Positions 36,370 through 48,136 of a stretch of 64,000 bases of DNA are shown here, piece after piece. The position numbers were made by a program, and so were the translations under genes. Source of the DNA: Oikopleura dioica (Eukaryota; Animalia; Chordata); contig OU015566.1 of NCBI GenBank assembly GCA_907165135.1, positions 14,260,001 through 14,324,000 of the forward strand, in the 5' to 3' direction. The notes below the pieces were generated by a model, which worked only from the letters and a program-made list of their open reading frames with translations, did not search any database and had not been told where the DNA came from. Numbering within the stretch: the first letter of the stretch is position 1; every line of letters starts with the position of its first letter.

Positions 36370-37870
36370 AATTCTAGCGCAACAATTTCAAAAAGCTCGC
36401 TTCTTTTTTAAAAAAACTCACATTCTGTACAATTTTCTCAAAACTCAAAAGTGAAAACCTTCTCAAAAGTACAAAACGAAACCCCCTAACAAAAAATAAC
36501 ATGTTTTACATGATTTTTTCTGTAAAGACATTCTCAGAACCAAAACCAAGTACTTTTTTTAATTTCTTTCCTAAAACACACAAATTCGAAAAATCACCGC
36601 TTTTCGCTCGTTTCTAGCCCCCTTTTTTCTAACTGTACAATTTCCCATTTCACATTCACTTTCTGACTCTCGATTCTGAGCAACGCCAAATATTGCAAAT
36701 AAAATCTCTTTCTCCTCTGTAAACGTTTCTGACTCATCCTTTTTTTGATTAATTTCCGCTAGATGAAAATTCGAAAGCAAAAGATTTTCGAAGAGATTTT
36801 TGAAGCAGGAATAGTATTTTAATACAATGTCTACTAGCAGGTACATTATGTATTAAGGACCCCTCCGTCAAGTGGGACTGAATTTTTCAAACAGCGATTT
36901 CTGAGTGATCCCCTTAAGATTTTCGAAAGATTTTTTGCTCATAGTAAAGCCCAATAATTGGTCGAGGGCAACAAAAGTAAAAACACACTCGTTCACTTCT
37001 TAAGGGTGTCGCTTCGCTAGGTTAAAATTTCAAACATCGATATTTCTGGGATAACTTTAAGTAACATAAAAACAATAAGATTCATAAAAAAATTGGGGAC
37101 CCCATATTTTTAAACGCAAATTTTGAGGATTTTTGATCTGTTAATGTGGAGACACCCTTATTTTTTTGAGTTTGAAAACTGATTATACTTAGCTTCCGCT
37201 ATTATGATAAAATTTAAATAACAAGGTCTAACTGAAAAAGACTGGCAATTATGATTTTCAATTTTTCAACTTGTGGATCTTGTGCATCCTCAAAAAAAAA
37301 TGCCTCAGTGCTTCTTGTGAAGTTGCCGGCCGAGATAATTCCGGATCTGAGATCTGCCAAGCTGGAAATTAGGAAGTGGCTTATCGATAAGTAAATATAA
37401 TATTCTAGCGAGTCATCAGTTTTCTCTGACGCAAGCAGCAGCGCGTACATTTCCCCCAGACTTATCATTTCTGACGGCTCGACGAGCACTTATCCAGGTT
37501 CGTATGCCCTTAAGTCAGCACTTTCTCAACATAAAAAATTATTAAGGGAGTGCGCGCGTTATCAAACCAATCTTGAAAAAGTCGACTTCGAAAAGCAGCT
37601 TTTGTCAAATTTAATGGTCTTCTTGTAAAAATAAGAGAGTGATGCCCTTAAACTCGACGCACTTCCGTGAGCGGGCTACGTAACAATACTAGTATCCTGC
37701 CAGTTAATCCACCGCAAGTACTTCTTTATCGCAAAATTAAAAACCGCCCGGCGGAATCGAGATATAAAGGATTAGATCATAATCTTACCTTTTATTCTCA
37801 ATTTGAAGAGTTTCAAAAATTCGAACTTCTAAATTCTAAGTCAGACCTTTAATTTTGACAAAAGCGCCAG

Positions 37871-38733
37871 TCCTGATGTTAAAACGAGTGAGAAAGCTTT
37901 TCCGTATGAAGAAAGAAGAGAACGAGCCAGGGCAGTTTTGGAAACCTTCAGCGACAGAAGCAAGAAAGAACTAGAATCGGCGGCGATCAAGTACAATCAT
38001 CAGACAGTAGCTCAAACTGACGAATCACAGGAACAAGCAAGAATAAGGATTTGAACTCTTATAGAGAGATTTCTCGTAAATCAAATCGATTAAATTTTAC
38101 GATGAAAGATGTAATAATGATCCTCTGGAAAGACAAGAATTGATTCAGCGATACGAAGAAAAATCGCCAACACTTGTTCAGAAAGAGAAAAATATGATTG
38201 AAGAAATTGTCCAGATTGCTCGGGAAAGAAAAGATTCAGAAGATCTACCGGCTCAAGAAAACAAATTTGAAGGTACAATTGAAAATTTTAAAATAAAAAG
38301 CATTATGTTAGTGATACCCTTATTTTGTAAAGTTATTATCATAAAAATTAGCTTAAATTTTAATCAATCAAAATAGTTATAAAAATTTATTAAAATTATT
38401 TATAAGAATTAATTAGAATGAAACATTTAATAAATTTCGCAACTTGATTTTTATCTAGAATAACCTGGTTATAAAACAATTTCAGCCCTGTTAGCGGAAA
38501 AAGCAGCTGTTGTTCCTGACACGAACTCTTTGGCAATCAACCGAAAAGTCGCGCCAGCTCAAGAGATAGAGCGAGAGCAAGAGTCCACGAAGAAGAACAC
38601 CGATAATTCCGCCGCTGACAAGAGTTCTTCTTCAACTGGCGAATCGGAGAACGACGCTTTCAAATTCTATTTAGCGGCCTCTTTCTTCGGTGCTCTGGCG
38701 CTGGGGACTGTGCTTTATCTCAAAACGCAATAA
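37871..38733 (+). CDS. Putative tail-anchored membrane protein (3' exons; 5' end unresolved)
   Basis: Charged exons end in ...ENKFE|ALLAEKAAVV...NDAFKFYLAASFFGALALGTVLYLKTQ* (phase-1 join consistent): a C-terminal hydrophobic segment with a 3-residue tail. Confidence 0.5.
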
Positions 38734-39013
38734 ACGCGGGCTAAAAGTGTTTTGATTACGGCGCCGATTCTAATGACAGCATCTAAAAACAATGTATGGA
38801 GCCGCGCCGATTGGATTAGATGGACACGATCAAATAAACCTTCGAATTTACACGTGTTTTATTAACATTCAAAAAGACCTTTTGACTCGACCAGAAGATA
38901 CTAATTGACTCGCTTACTTCCTGCTCAGCGGCGTGATTCGCATCGGCACGTGCTAAATTTGTTATTTTAAGAAGTTATTCATCGTAAAGCTTTTTTGTCA
39001 AACTTTTCTAATA

Positions 39014-39192
39014 AAAGATATAATAAGGGTATCACTTCCTAATTTGAACTTACGGTCGAGAAGCCGCTTGCGGCTTCGAGCAGAGACATGAAAAGCCGCG
39101 CTTTGCGCGGCTTATTTTTTTTCGACTCGAAGCCGCAAGCGGCTTCTCGACCGTAAGTTCAAATTAGGAAGTGATACCCTTATTATATCTTT
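39014..39192. mobile_element. Branched palindromic element: TAAGGGTATCA outer arms plus three AAGCCGC hairpins
   Basis: aagatataataagggtatcacttcctaatttgaacttacggtcgagaagccgcttgcggcttcgag and its perfect reverse complement, around a central aagccgcgctttgcgcggctt. Confidence 0.88.
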
Positions 39193-39317
39193 CATAGGGA
39201 AAGTTTAAAGCTTGAACTTGTTTTTGTAAAAGTTTCAACTTGAATGTTGAGACTTTCTTTGGGTAGCTCCTTAAGTCGAAATGAGTTTAATTTGTTGCAA
39301 GGAAAGATGAGGCGACC

Positions 39318-42300
39318 TCAGCCAACGTCAGAGCGAGCGAAAATCTCAACACTTGCGGTGGCCGGGCCTAACGCGCTTACGGTTAGATTCTTCCGATTGC
39401 GCCGCTGGAAGTCGTCAAGATCTACTTGCTCGTCGATGTCGGTCGAGTTGTGGATCCGGCGGTAGAACTCGTTGTCGTCGTCGATAGGACTTCTATCGAG
39501 ACGAATTCGATTGCGATAGGGGCTTTGAAGAATGGAGAATGGAGGATGATAATGAGGAGAATGGGCTACCTGAGCTGATTGTAATTGAGCTTGTTCATGT
39601 ACGCCAATTTTGTATTGTTCATATTATACAGTGCTTTCCCGTCTGCCGTCCTGTTATTAGCGTTTTTCGTGATGTATTTTGACTCGGAATTGGAGCTACC
39701 GAGAAGGTTCCAAATTGGAGGGAAGACGACTCTGCCTTTTCGGAAGACCTGGAACCAATCAAAAGTGACTTTTCAACGCGAACTTACTCTTGAAATAGAA
39801 ATGTCGAACTGATAAGAAACTGAAAGATTAAGGAGATCGGTGAGCATGGAAACAACGCCACCAAGCCATGTGAGCCCGGCGAGAATCCAAAAGAACACCA
39901 TCACTCTGTACAAGTTGAACACGATTTTAATATCTTCGGGCCACTCGTTCTAAACACCATAAGCCCGCGTGTTCGTGAGATTTGTCAAAAAAGCATACCG
40001 GGTCGCACTTTTTGCTCAGTCCTGTTTGGTTGTTGATCACATCATCTTGCGATGGCACCGGGTTAATCAACTCACTTTGCATGGTTTCCTTTTAGTAATC
40101 GAGGCGTTTGTTAGTCGCCCTACTTAAGCCAAGAAATAGTTATCAAATAATTACTGTCATTTGATTACTGTAGCTCGATTTTAAATCATTATCTTGTTGT
40201 TTCTTCGTCTCATTTACTTAGAAATTGAGTAAATGAAATTAACCAATAAGAACATCGAAAATTTGAGTTGAACCAATCAGAAGCCATATTTAATCCTTAG
40301 CCTAATTTTGAATGAATAAGCAATGGGGGACTCTTAATAATTAAGCTGAGAAGATTAACCAATAAGAACGTCTCAAATTCGAGTTGAACCAATCAGAAGC
40401 GACATTTAACCCTGATCGTTATCTTCACTGAATAAGCGATAAACCAATATGAACCAATAAGAGCCTCGAAATGTTGAGTTGGACCAATCAGAAGACCCGT
40501 TTATTCCGAACCCTTGAATCGACAGACACATCTGACAAAATCCCTTACCCTCTAGCCTTAACCAGTTAAATTTCTTTCTGTGAAACCATAACATAAGCAC
40601 ATGGACTCGTTTTTGACATGGATGGCTTTTGACATTGGCGGTTCATTTCGCGGTATCAAGTCGCCAAATCCGATCGTTGTCAGCGAGATGACGCTATTTG
40701 ATTGTCCAGTTATGGCAAAGAACAAGTTGACCGTACCTGTAGTAAATGGCGTCGAGCATGCTCCAATCTGAATTTAAAAAGAAGAAGAAGAAAGTGATCT
40801 AAGAGCTAATTAAAATGTCGACATCGCAATCAGCCGCGCGTGACATTTTCTAAATTCACTTGCGCGCTCAATTTACCTTCGACAAGGGTAAAAACGTAGC
40901 TTGGAATGACGATCAACAAAATGCAGCCAAGGATAACGTAGAGCGAAGAAATTGCGCCAGGGGAAATTTTCGTCATTGATTTTGATTGGAATTTCTTTCA
41001 GCAAGGCTTTTTTTGCCCAAAGCAGAAATATGCAGGTTTTTTTCGTTTTTATTTTTCGAATTTTTTATCGAAATTATCGAAAATTTTCAAACTTTTCGAA
41101 ATTTTTTTCTCAAAATTTTCGAAATTTTTCGAATTTTTCGATTTTTTTTTCGAAATTTTCGAAATTTTTCGAATTTTTCGATTTTTTTTTTCGATTTTTT
41201 TTTTTCGAAATTTTTTCTCGAAAAGTTTTCGAAACTCCTATTTTATTATTCGAAAAGCCGTGTCTTTACAATGTCATCAATTTTGTAGCTGATGAGTTCG
41301 GCAAGTGCACCGACCATATATGCAAAATAGGGGATTCCAATGACCGTGAAGGTTATGCAAAACAACTTGCCGTGGTTGGTGGAGGGCGAAATGTTGCCTG
41401 AAATCCGATTACGAGTTTATTAATTAACCGAGGCGCCACTTTTTAATCAAAACTCGAAATTATGACGCTCCATAATTTTAATTTCTTGCGCGAAAAGTTC
41501 GAGCGTCCGAGCGATTTACTCTGCAAATATTATGTTATTTCTTGATTTTTTCTTTAGAACGCTCGGACTTACCGTATCCAATCGTAGTAGCTACTGTGCC
41601 CGCGAAGAAAAAGGCGTTGTGGAAGTTCCAATGATCTGTACAATCTTTCTTCAGGGCCAAGTAATTGTTGATGCCGAATTGGGCTGTGCGTTCCATCACT
41701 TTTCGCACTGTTTCGCCTTTTATACTCTTTTCATTTGGCTCAATTTTCCAATCATCATTTCATAGAATGACATTTTCATATAATATGCAATTTGCGGATT
41801 TTACGAATCTTAACCCGTTGCCGACCGCGTGGCAATTTCGCTGCCACGACACGCCCCGAGGCTTGATATAAGGCATTCTTATTGGCGTAGAATGCAATTT
41901 TAAGCCTCCCGCATTCTACGCCAATAAAACTGCCCTATTTCGAGCCTCGGGGCGTGTCGTGTGCTCGCGCACGGCAACGGGTTAAGACAGTGACACCCTT
42001 ATTCGTTTTACCCTTTTTTCCGAATTTTGAAGGGGAAACCCTTATTTTCTTCATGAATCATGAGCCGTTCCAGAAGCTCATCATTAAAACTTTTTGCGAG
42101 AACAGGAGCCGCAATCGCCTTCCAGACCTTGATGTACTCCTGCACCTGCGTCTTGTTGTTCTGAATGGTCTTCCACGCGTTGTCTTCTCGTTCCTGCGAG
42201 CAGCTAAATATTACAAAAGTAATAAACTATCGTCGTTAATACCCAGGATTATAACCCGCTTAGAAACAAAAAATAATCAAGCTAGCTATAATCCTGCCAA

Positions 42301-43293
42301 TGTAATACTTGCAATTTTTCGAAGAACTTACTCGTAAGATTTCCATTCCATGATCAGTTTTTTGATGACTTCAGAGGTGTTGTTGGAAAGCGTCTCATTT
42401 TTGTTCCACTGATCGATTCCATCGCAGAACTTTTTGTTCAGCCCAAAAATGTAAAAATACTGAGTTTGGATCACGAAACCATCAACTATCGATATTATCG
42501 TCAATATCGTTTTCAATGATCGATGAGCATAATTAATTTCGGAATGAGAAATTGGTGACCCGTTCGGCTCATTGCCAAATTCGTCCTTTTTTTCGCGAAC
42601 TTTTGATTTTGCGTCGTCGCAGCGCTTTTTTGGGTTTTCAAGTCTTTTGGCCAATGAAAATGCAGGAAATAAGCCTTGAGCCAATCAGAAAGCTTCGTTC
42701 TATTAATCGACCAATAAGAAATGTTCATTGAATCAATGAGCCAATAAGAATGCTTAATTCATCTTTTAAGCCAATAAAAACGATTTATTTGAATTTATAT
42801 CATGTCAAATTCAAAGGCCAATCAAAATGCCGAATTTAAGCGTTGAGCCAATGAGAAAGCTTTGTTCTATCAATCGGCCAATAAGAAATGTTCGTTCAAT
42901 CAATTAGCCAATAAGAAAGCTTGATTGTATTTTTGAACCAATAAAAATGCTTGATTTCACTTTTTGGCCAATAAAAACGCTCGATTTGAATTTAAAGCAG
43001 CTAGAACATCGAAAAACCTTTCCTTCTCTTCAAAAGGCTGTTCGAGTTTTTGGAAGACCGCGGCGCCTATCTGAAAGCACAGAATATTTGAAACATTTTT
43101 GTCGCATTGTTTTGTATAAAAAGAACGCCGCTTGCGCTCGTTTTAGAACACAAATGAACGGCTTGGCTGATCCGGTGCTAGCATTGAGCTCATTCCGAAT
43201 TGAGCAATTCAGCAGCTGTCTCTCTCTTACCAAAAGGTAGACAATGTACACGGCGAGCATAAGCAAATAAGCCCACCATTGCATTCGCACCAT
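39318..43293 (-). CDS. Two-pore-domain potassium channel (K2P, TREK/TALK-like)
   Basis: M1 AYLLMLAVYIVYLL|IGAAVFQKLEQPFEE; P1 HWNFHNAFFFAGTVATTIGY|GNISPST; M2 GKLFCITFTVIGIPYF; M3 LYVILGCILLIVIPS; P2 WSMLDAIYY|SVISLTTIGFGDL; M4 YRVMVFFWILAGLTWLGGVVSML. The last exon and stop are less certain. Confidence 0.92.
42651..42975 (+). repeat. Eleven CCAAT boxes at 30-bp period in a K2P intron
   Basis: CCAAT at 42651, 42681, 42711, 42741, 42771, then 42818, 42848, 42878, 42908, 42938, 42968. Confidence 0.92.
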
Positions 43294-44934
43294 GAGAGCA
43301 TCACTGAAAACAGCAGTTAGCTGACTTTTCTGTCTGAGCGACTTTTCTCGAAGCCAAGGATTTTGCAGTAGATAGGGAAAATAGCAAGTGCGCGCTCAAT
43401 TAATCCGAAACCATAATTAGCTAATCCCTTCTTCGGCGCATGCTCATCATCAATTTTCCTGAAACCAGACTTTCTTATCTCTTGTAATGAAGCTCAGCCC
43501 AGACAATAGCCAAATAAAAGGCCTTTTAATGCCACATTATAAACAGTAGATCCATACTGTTGTTACTATTCTACTTTTGGAGAAACAGTCGGGAGTTGGA
43601 ATGATTGAAATCATATTAGGGATCAATTTTGCTGCATATGGCCCGGGTAATAGCCGCAATATCGGCACTTCTTTTTATATGCCTCGCTTTATTAGAACAC
43701 TTTAGTAGCCACGTGACCCTCGGAGGTTCAATCAGAACTTGGAAGATTTGAAAGTACAGAATAAAAAGACTATTAAAAGCCATCATTGTTTAGCAAGGAA
43801 AGGAAGGAGGTTTTTTCAATTTGTCAAAAGTAAAATTTTTTAACAAACCCGAGTTTCTCATTGGTCCAGTCGGAAATTTCGATCGTCTTATTGGCTAAGA
43901 CGCCAAAAACGAGTTATTTTATATTTTTTTTATTGGACCAGTTAAAAATCAATCCAGTAGCCAATCAGAAGCTCGAATTTTCTCTGATGGCCAATAAGAA
44001 ACTGGGATTTGGTATGTAACTTCTTTTGGCACTTGAATCGAACGTACCAGAGAGTACGTCAGGCATTCTTCAGATCTTAACTTAAATCCTTCTGATAATA
44101 AATGCGCGTTTTATGTCCAAAACAAGCGTTTGTTTAAAATCTTGGGATTTGCAAAATTCAACGAGCACACGTTGCGCGCTGAGTCAGACAGTCCACAAAC
44201 AACTTTACTAAATTTAACGCTTTCTATGATCGCTGAAAACTTTCATTTTCAAAATGGAAAGAAAAAAGAAAATGAATGGAAAGGTTTGTTTTGCAAAGGG
44301 CGCTGGCGTATTTTGGGTCAAGGCGGGTTTAAAGTGCTTTTTTTCCATTTTTAGATGCAGCGTTGTGGAAATTTTCTTCACATAAGTATTAAAAAATGCT
44401 GGTTTTAAAAATGAAATATCCAATTAAAAAACGTTGTTCAGCGGGTAAACCAATAAGAAAGCTTCTTTTATAAACTCACCTTTATTCTGTTTCAAAGATA
44501 ATTCAAAAATAAAGGCTTTTAAAAAGACCCAATCAAAAAGCGTTATTTAGTCATTCAGCCAATAAGAAAGCCTTATTTCAAAGTTACCTTAATTTTGTTG
44601 CTCAGTAATTCCAGATAATCCTTCTTTTTCGAAAAATCTTCCTTCCAATCTTTTTCTTTTTTTATCTCTCAACTTTCATTTTCCAGAAAGAGAAGTGCTA
44701 CACTAGCTTAATCGGTGGTAAAACGCCTGCGGTTTAGGCACACATCTCGATGATCCGCCCCGAGGCGAATATGCTGGCTCCCTGGCGCCGCATTTTTCAC
44801 GCATACTTTCGTATACGCATTTCGCATCAGAATTTCAAAGCGATTCGAATCCATCAATTTCTCGCTTTCTCATCTCTACCCGTCGAAAATTATTTCCTCG
44901 CCATTTAATCCAAGTTTATTGAAAATAATTATTT

Positions 44935-47196
44935 TCATATTTTTGAACAGTTCATTATTGTTGGTTGACGAACAAAGACATCAGCAGTGACGGCGGCTTC
45001 TCCAAACGCGTTTTGCGCGAAGCAAGTGTACGTTCCCGCGTCGGACAAGGAGGAACGAAGGATTTCGAGCTGAATGATTCCTTGGCCCCAGCTGGCGCGG
45101 AATCGGGGGTGGGTGGTCACCTCGATGGAGTTTTTGAACCATCTGATTGTTGGGCGAGGGAAACCGCGAATGGCACAGGTAAGGGTGCCACTGAAAAAGA
45201 CGGGTAAGACAGAATTACTGTCTGGGCTCGACAGTCTGTGTAGAAAACCTGAGTCAGGGTCCTGAAAATGCTTAAGAGTGTCAACATCGATTTCGCCATT
45301 TTTTAACCTTATCGATGTGGACACCCTTAAATCAGGTTTTATACTCAGGTTGCCGATCCCAGATCACAAATTGGTGATCAAAAATCCAGATTTTTCATGA
45401 ATTGAAAGTATTACTTATTTATTGAAATATTTATAAATTATAATAATCAGTAAAAAGAAATACTTAATTGAAAATCTGGATCTTGGACAATGATGGTCCA
45501 TATCATATGGACCATATGCGTATTTTCATCGATATTTACCTGTATCCAACGACAAGGGTTCGAGTATTGAGCGGAGTAGTAAACTCCGGCTTTTGAGGCC
45601 TCTCCTGGGGAGGAATCATTTCTGCCCAGTTTGACAATTGCGGCGCATAGAGACTCAAATCCACGGGCGCAGGCTTTGGAATGCAAACTGGGCCGACTTC
45701 GACGGGAACACCGACGCCGACATCGTTGATGGCTTTGATGCGGAAGAAGTAGTTGTTTCCCACGACGAGGGAGCAGATGGAACAGCAGCTTTGACGGACG
45801 CGGTCGTAGACGACGAACCAATCATCGCTGCGTTCATCGCGCTTTTCCACCAAATATCCAGTTATGGCGCTATTACTGTCGCTTCTCGGAGGCTTCCACT
45901 GTAACTCGACTGTATTCGAGACCACTTGCAAGATCTGAAAAGAGACATTCTATCAATCTCAACTTTTTTTATTTACATTTTCTAGCGAAATACATGTATT
46001 TTGGGCGTTCTTTAGAAATTTATTTTTTCCTGATCCTGTTGATCCCAAAAAGGGTTGTTTTGGAAATTTCGCGTAAAAATATTCGTGCGGCGATAAGCCC
46101 TCCCGCCTTATCGTTCAAAAAAGAAAATCAGCAGTGCTACTGATAAAGGAAAAAAAGAACGAGGAAATTATGATTATCGATCCCTCGAATGTTGGACAAG
46201 AGTATCCTTGTACCGGGCGTAAGAACAAGTCGATTAGAAATTTAAAATAATGGACTAACCGTTGGCTCGAGCGGCGGGCCAGGAACATTTACCACTAGAA
46301 GATGTAATTTTACGAAGTCCCGGTAATTCCCATCGAGCAGCTGAATACTGTAGCTTCCGCTGTCGTCTAGTTCGGGCGACGAGACGTACAGTGATGTACT
46401 GTCAGAGCTAAATAATCATGCTAGCTTGCATAATTATTGATCAAATCGGGTCATATTTTCAGCTAAAACTTACCTGGAGTAGATTTTGAATTCTGACGGA
46501 ATCGTCCGAGCCCCATTTGCTCCATCATCCCTTATCCATCGAATTGATGCGCCTGGATTTGCTTCGAAGGGGATTTTGATCGTGAATTTCCGCCCGGCTT
46601 TCACCTTGATTGGGCCCTGCCAATGGGTTAAAATTATTTGAGCGAGCATTTTTGGCAATTTATTTGATCAATTTTTGACCAATTATTGGCAATAATGCTG
46701 ATTTTTATCGATTATCTTGGAGAATGCTGTTGGACGAATTTGGTAACGCGAAAAAATTCAACCCGAATTTGGCTTGAGCATATTCCTTGGAGGTTGAAAC
46801 CGCGGATTGAGGATAAACTTGCCGGTGCGCAAGGGTCCAATTTCATTCCACGGTCCTCTGCCATTCTCCATGACCGCACAAATGCGAAATCTATAGTCGA
46901 TATTGCACTCCAGCGCGGTGACGGTTGCCTCGTGCTTGCCTCCTTGAACTTGCAACAGATCCATCCAGATTGGGACGGCGTTCTCCGCCCTTCCCTCGCT
47001 CGCCTCAAAATACATACAGTAATGAATGCAACGGTGCTTTTTGAATTTTTAACGAAGGATGACCTAAAAAGAAGTTACCTCAGTTTGAGTATGAAGTATT
47101 TGAACTTGAAGATTGAATGAATGAATAACTTCCCCGCGGGTCGAAATTGGCCTTCTCCATTTTAGCTGGATACTGTTGTCGCTTACTTGAGCGGTC
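44935..47196 (-). CDS. MyBP-H-like FN3-Ig-FN3-Ig protein (possible additional 5' exon near 47632)
   Basis: FN3 (SIQLKWRRP...YRFRICAVMENGRG), Ig (IKVKAGRKFTIKIPF...DSGSYSI), FN3 (VELQWKPPRSDSNSAITGYLVEKR...YFFRIKAINDVGVG), Ig (LTCAIRGFPRPTIRWFKN...DAGTYTCFAQNAFGEA). These parallel domains C7-C10 of the adjacent MyBP-C. Confidence 0.8.
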
Positions 47197-47250
47197 CTAG
47201 AATACAGTCAGGCTTTTTTCATCCCTGAGAGAGCTTGATTTTTCGTTTAG

Positions 47251-47465
47251 CCAATAAGAGGGCTCGATTAAAAATCTCAGCCAATGAAAAAACCGAATTC
47301 CTCTTTTAGCCAATAAAAACGCTTGAATCTTGGTAAGAGCCAATAAGAAAGCTTGATTTTACTTTTGAGCCAATGGAAATGCTAGATTAAAGATTTCATC
47401 CAATCAGAAAACCGGATTCTCTTGATGAGCCGATCAAAACACTTGAATCTTGGTCAGAGCCAGTA
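47251..47465 (+). repeat. CCAAT array at 29-30-bp period
   Basis: CCAAT at 47251, 47281, 47310, 47340, 47370 and 47400, with degenerate copies at 47429 and 47460. Confidence 0.88.
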
Positions 47466-47941
47466 AAAAAGCTTGATTTCATCTCTAAGCTAAAACTGTG
47501 AATTTCTTTATAGGCTACAGAAATTTTAGTACCGTGAAACCGAGAATAAGAGACAAACGCTTCTAAATGGCGAAATTTGAGGCGCTCTAATTTTCTAATG
47601 TTTTTGCCAAGAAAAGGAGGCCGTTGCGTCATTTGTCAGTGTCGGAATTCGTCGTTAGCGGGATGAAAGCTATAATCTCGAGCGTCCAGACAATTTCAAC
47701 GTGTAGAAAGTACACGTTGTCGTGAATTTGCAATCCACAAATTGTTTAGCGGTATAACAAACCTCCGCGCTCGTATATTCACAAAAAGGGATTATCCGAT
47801 GCGATTACTTAATTACGGTACCTTCTACCACTTTGGGAAGCACTGACTTTTAGAGAAAGGGCAATCATTCAATCCTATTTTTCCTGACCGATTTTTTCAA
47901 AATTAGATTCGAAAATAACCCTCCGAAAAATGGGGCGACAC

Positions 47942-48136
47942 TGGTTATGTCGCCGAATGTCGCCAAATGTCTCCAAATGTCGCCCAATGTCGTAAAATGT
48001 CGCTGAATGTCGCTGAATTTCGCTGTATTTCGTCGAATGAAAGTTGCCTTTTTGGCGACATTTGGCGATATTCAGCGACATTCAGCGACATTAAGCGACA
48101 TTAAGCGACAATCGGCGACATTTGGCGACATAACCA
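47942..48136. repeat. Palindrome of 10-bp aatgtcgcca / tggcgacatt units
   Basis: tggttatgtcgcc... mirrored by ...ggcgacataacca, with ~8-9 units per arm. Confidence 0.9.

Noticed and set aside
44700-44860. tRNA or tRNA-derived SINE (A-box-like TAGCTTAATCGGTGG, B-box-like GATTCGAATCC)
   Set aside because: The boxes are ~130 bp apart and I could not fold a cloverleaf. tRNAscan-SE would settle it.
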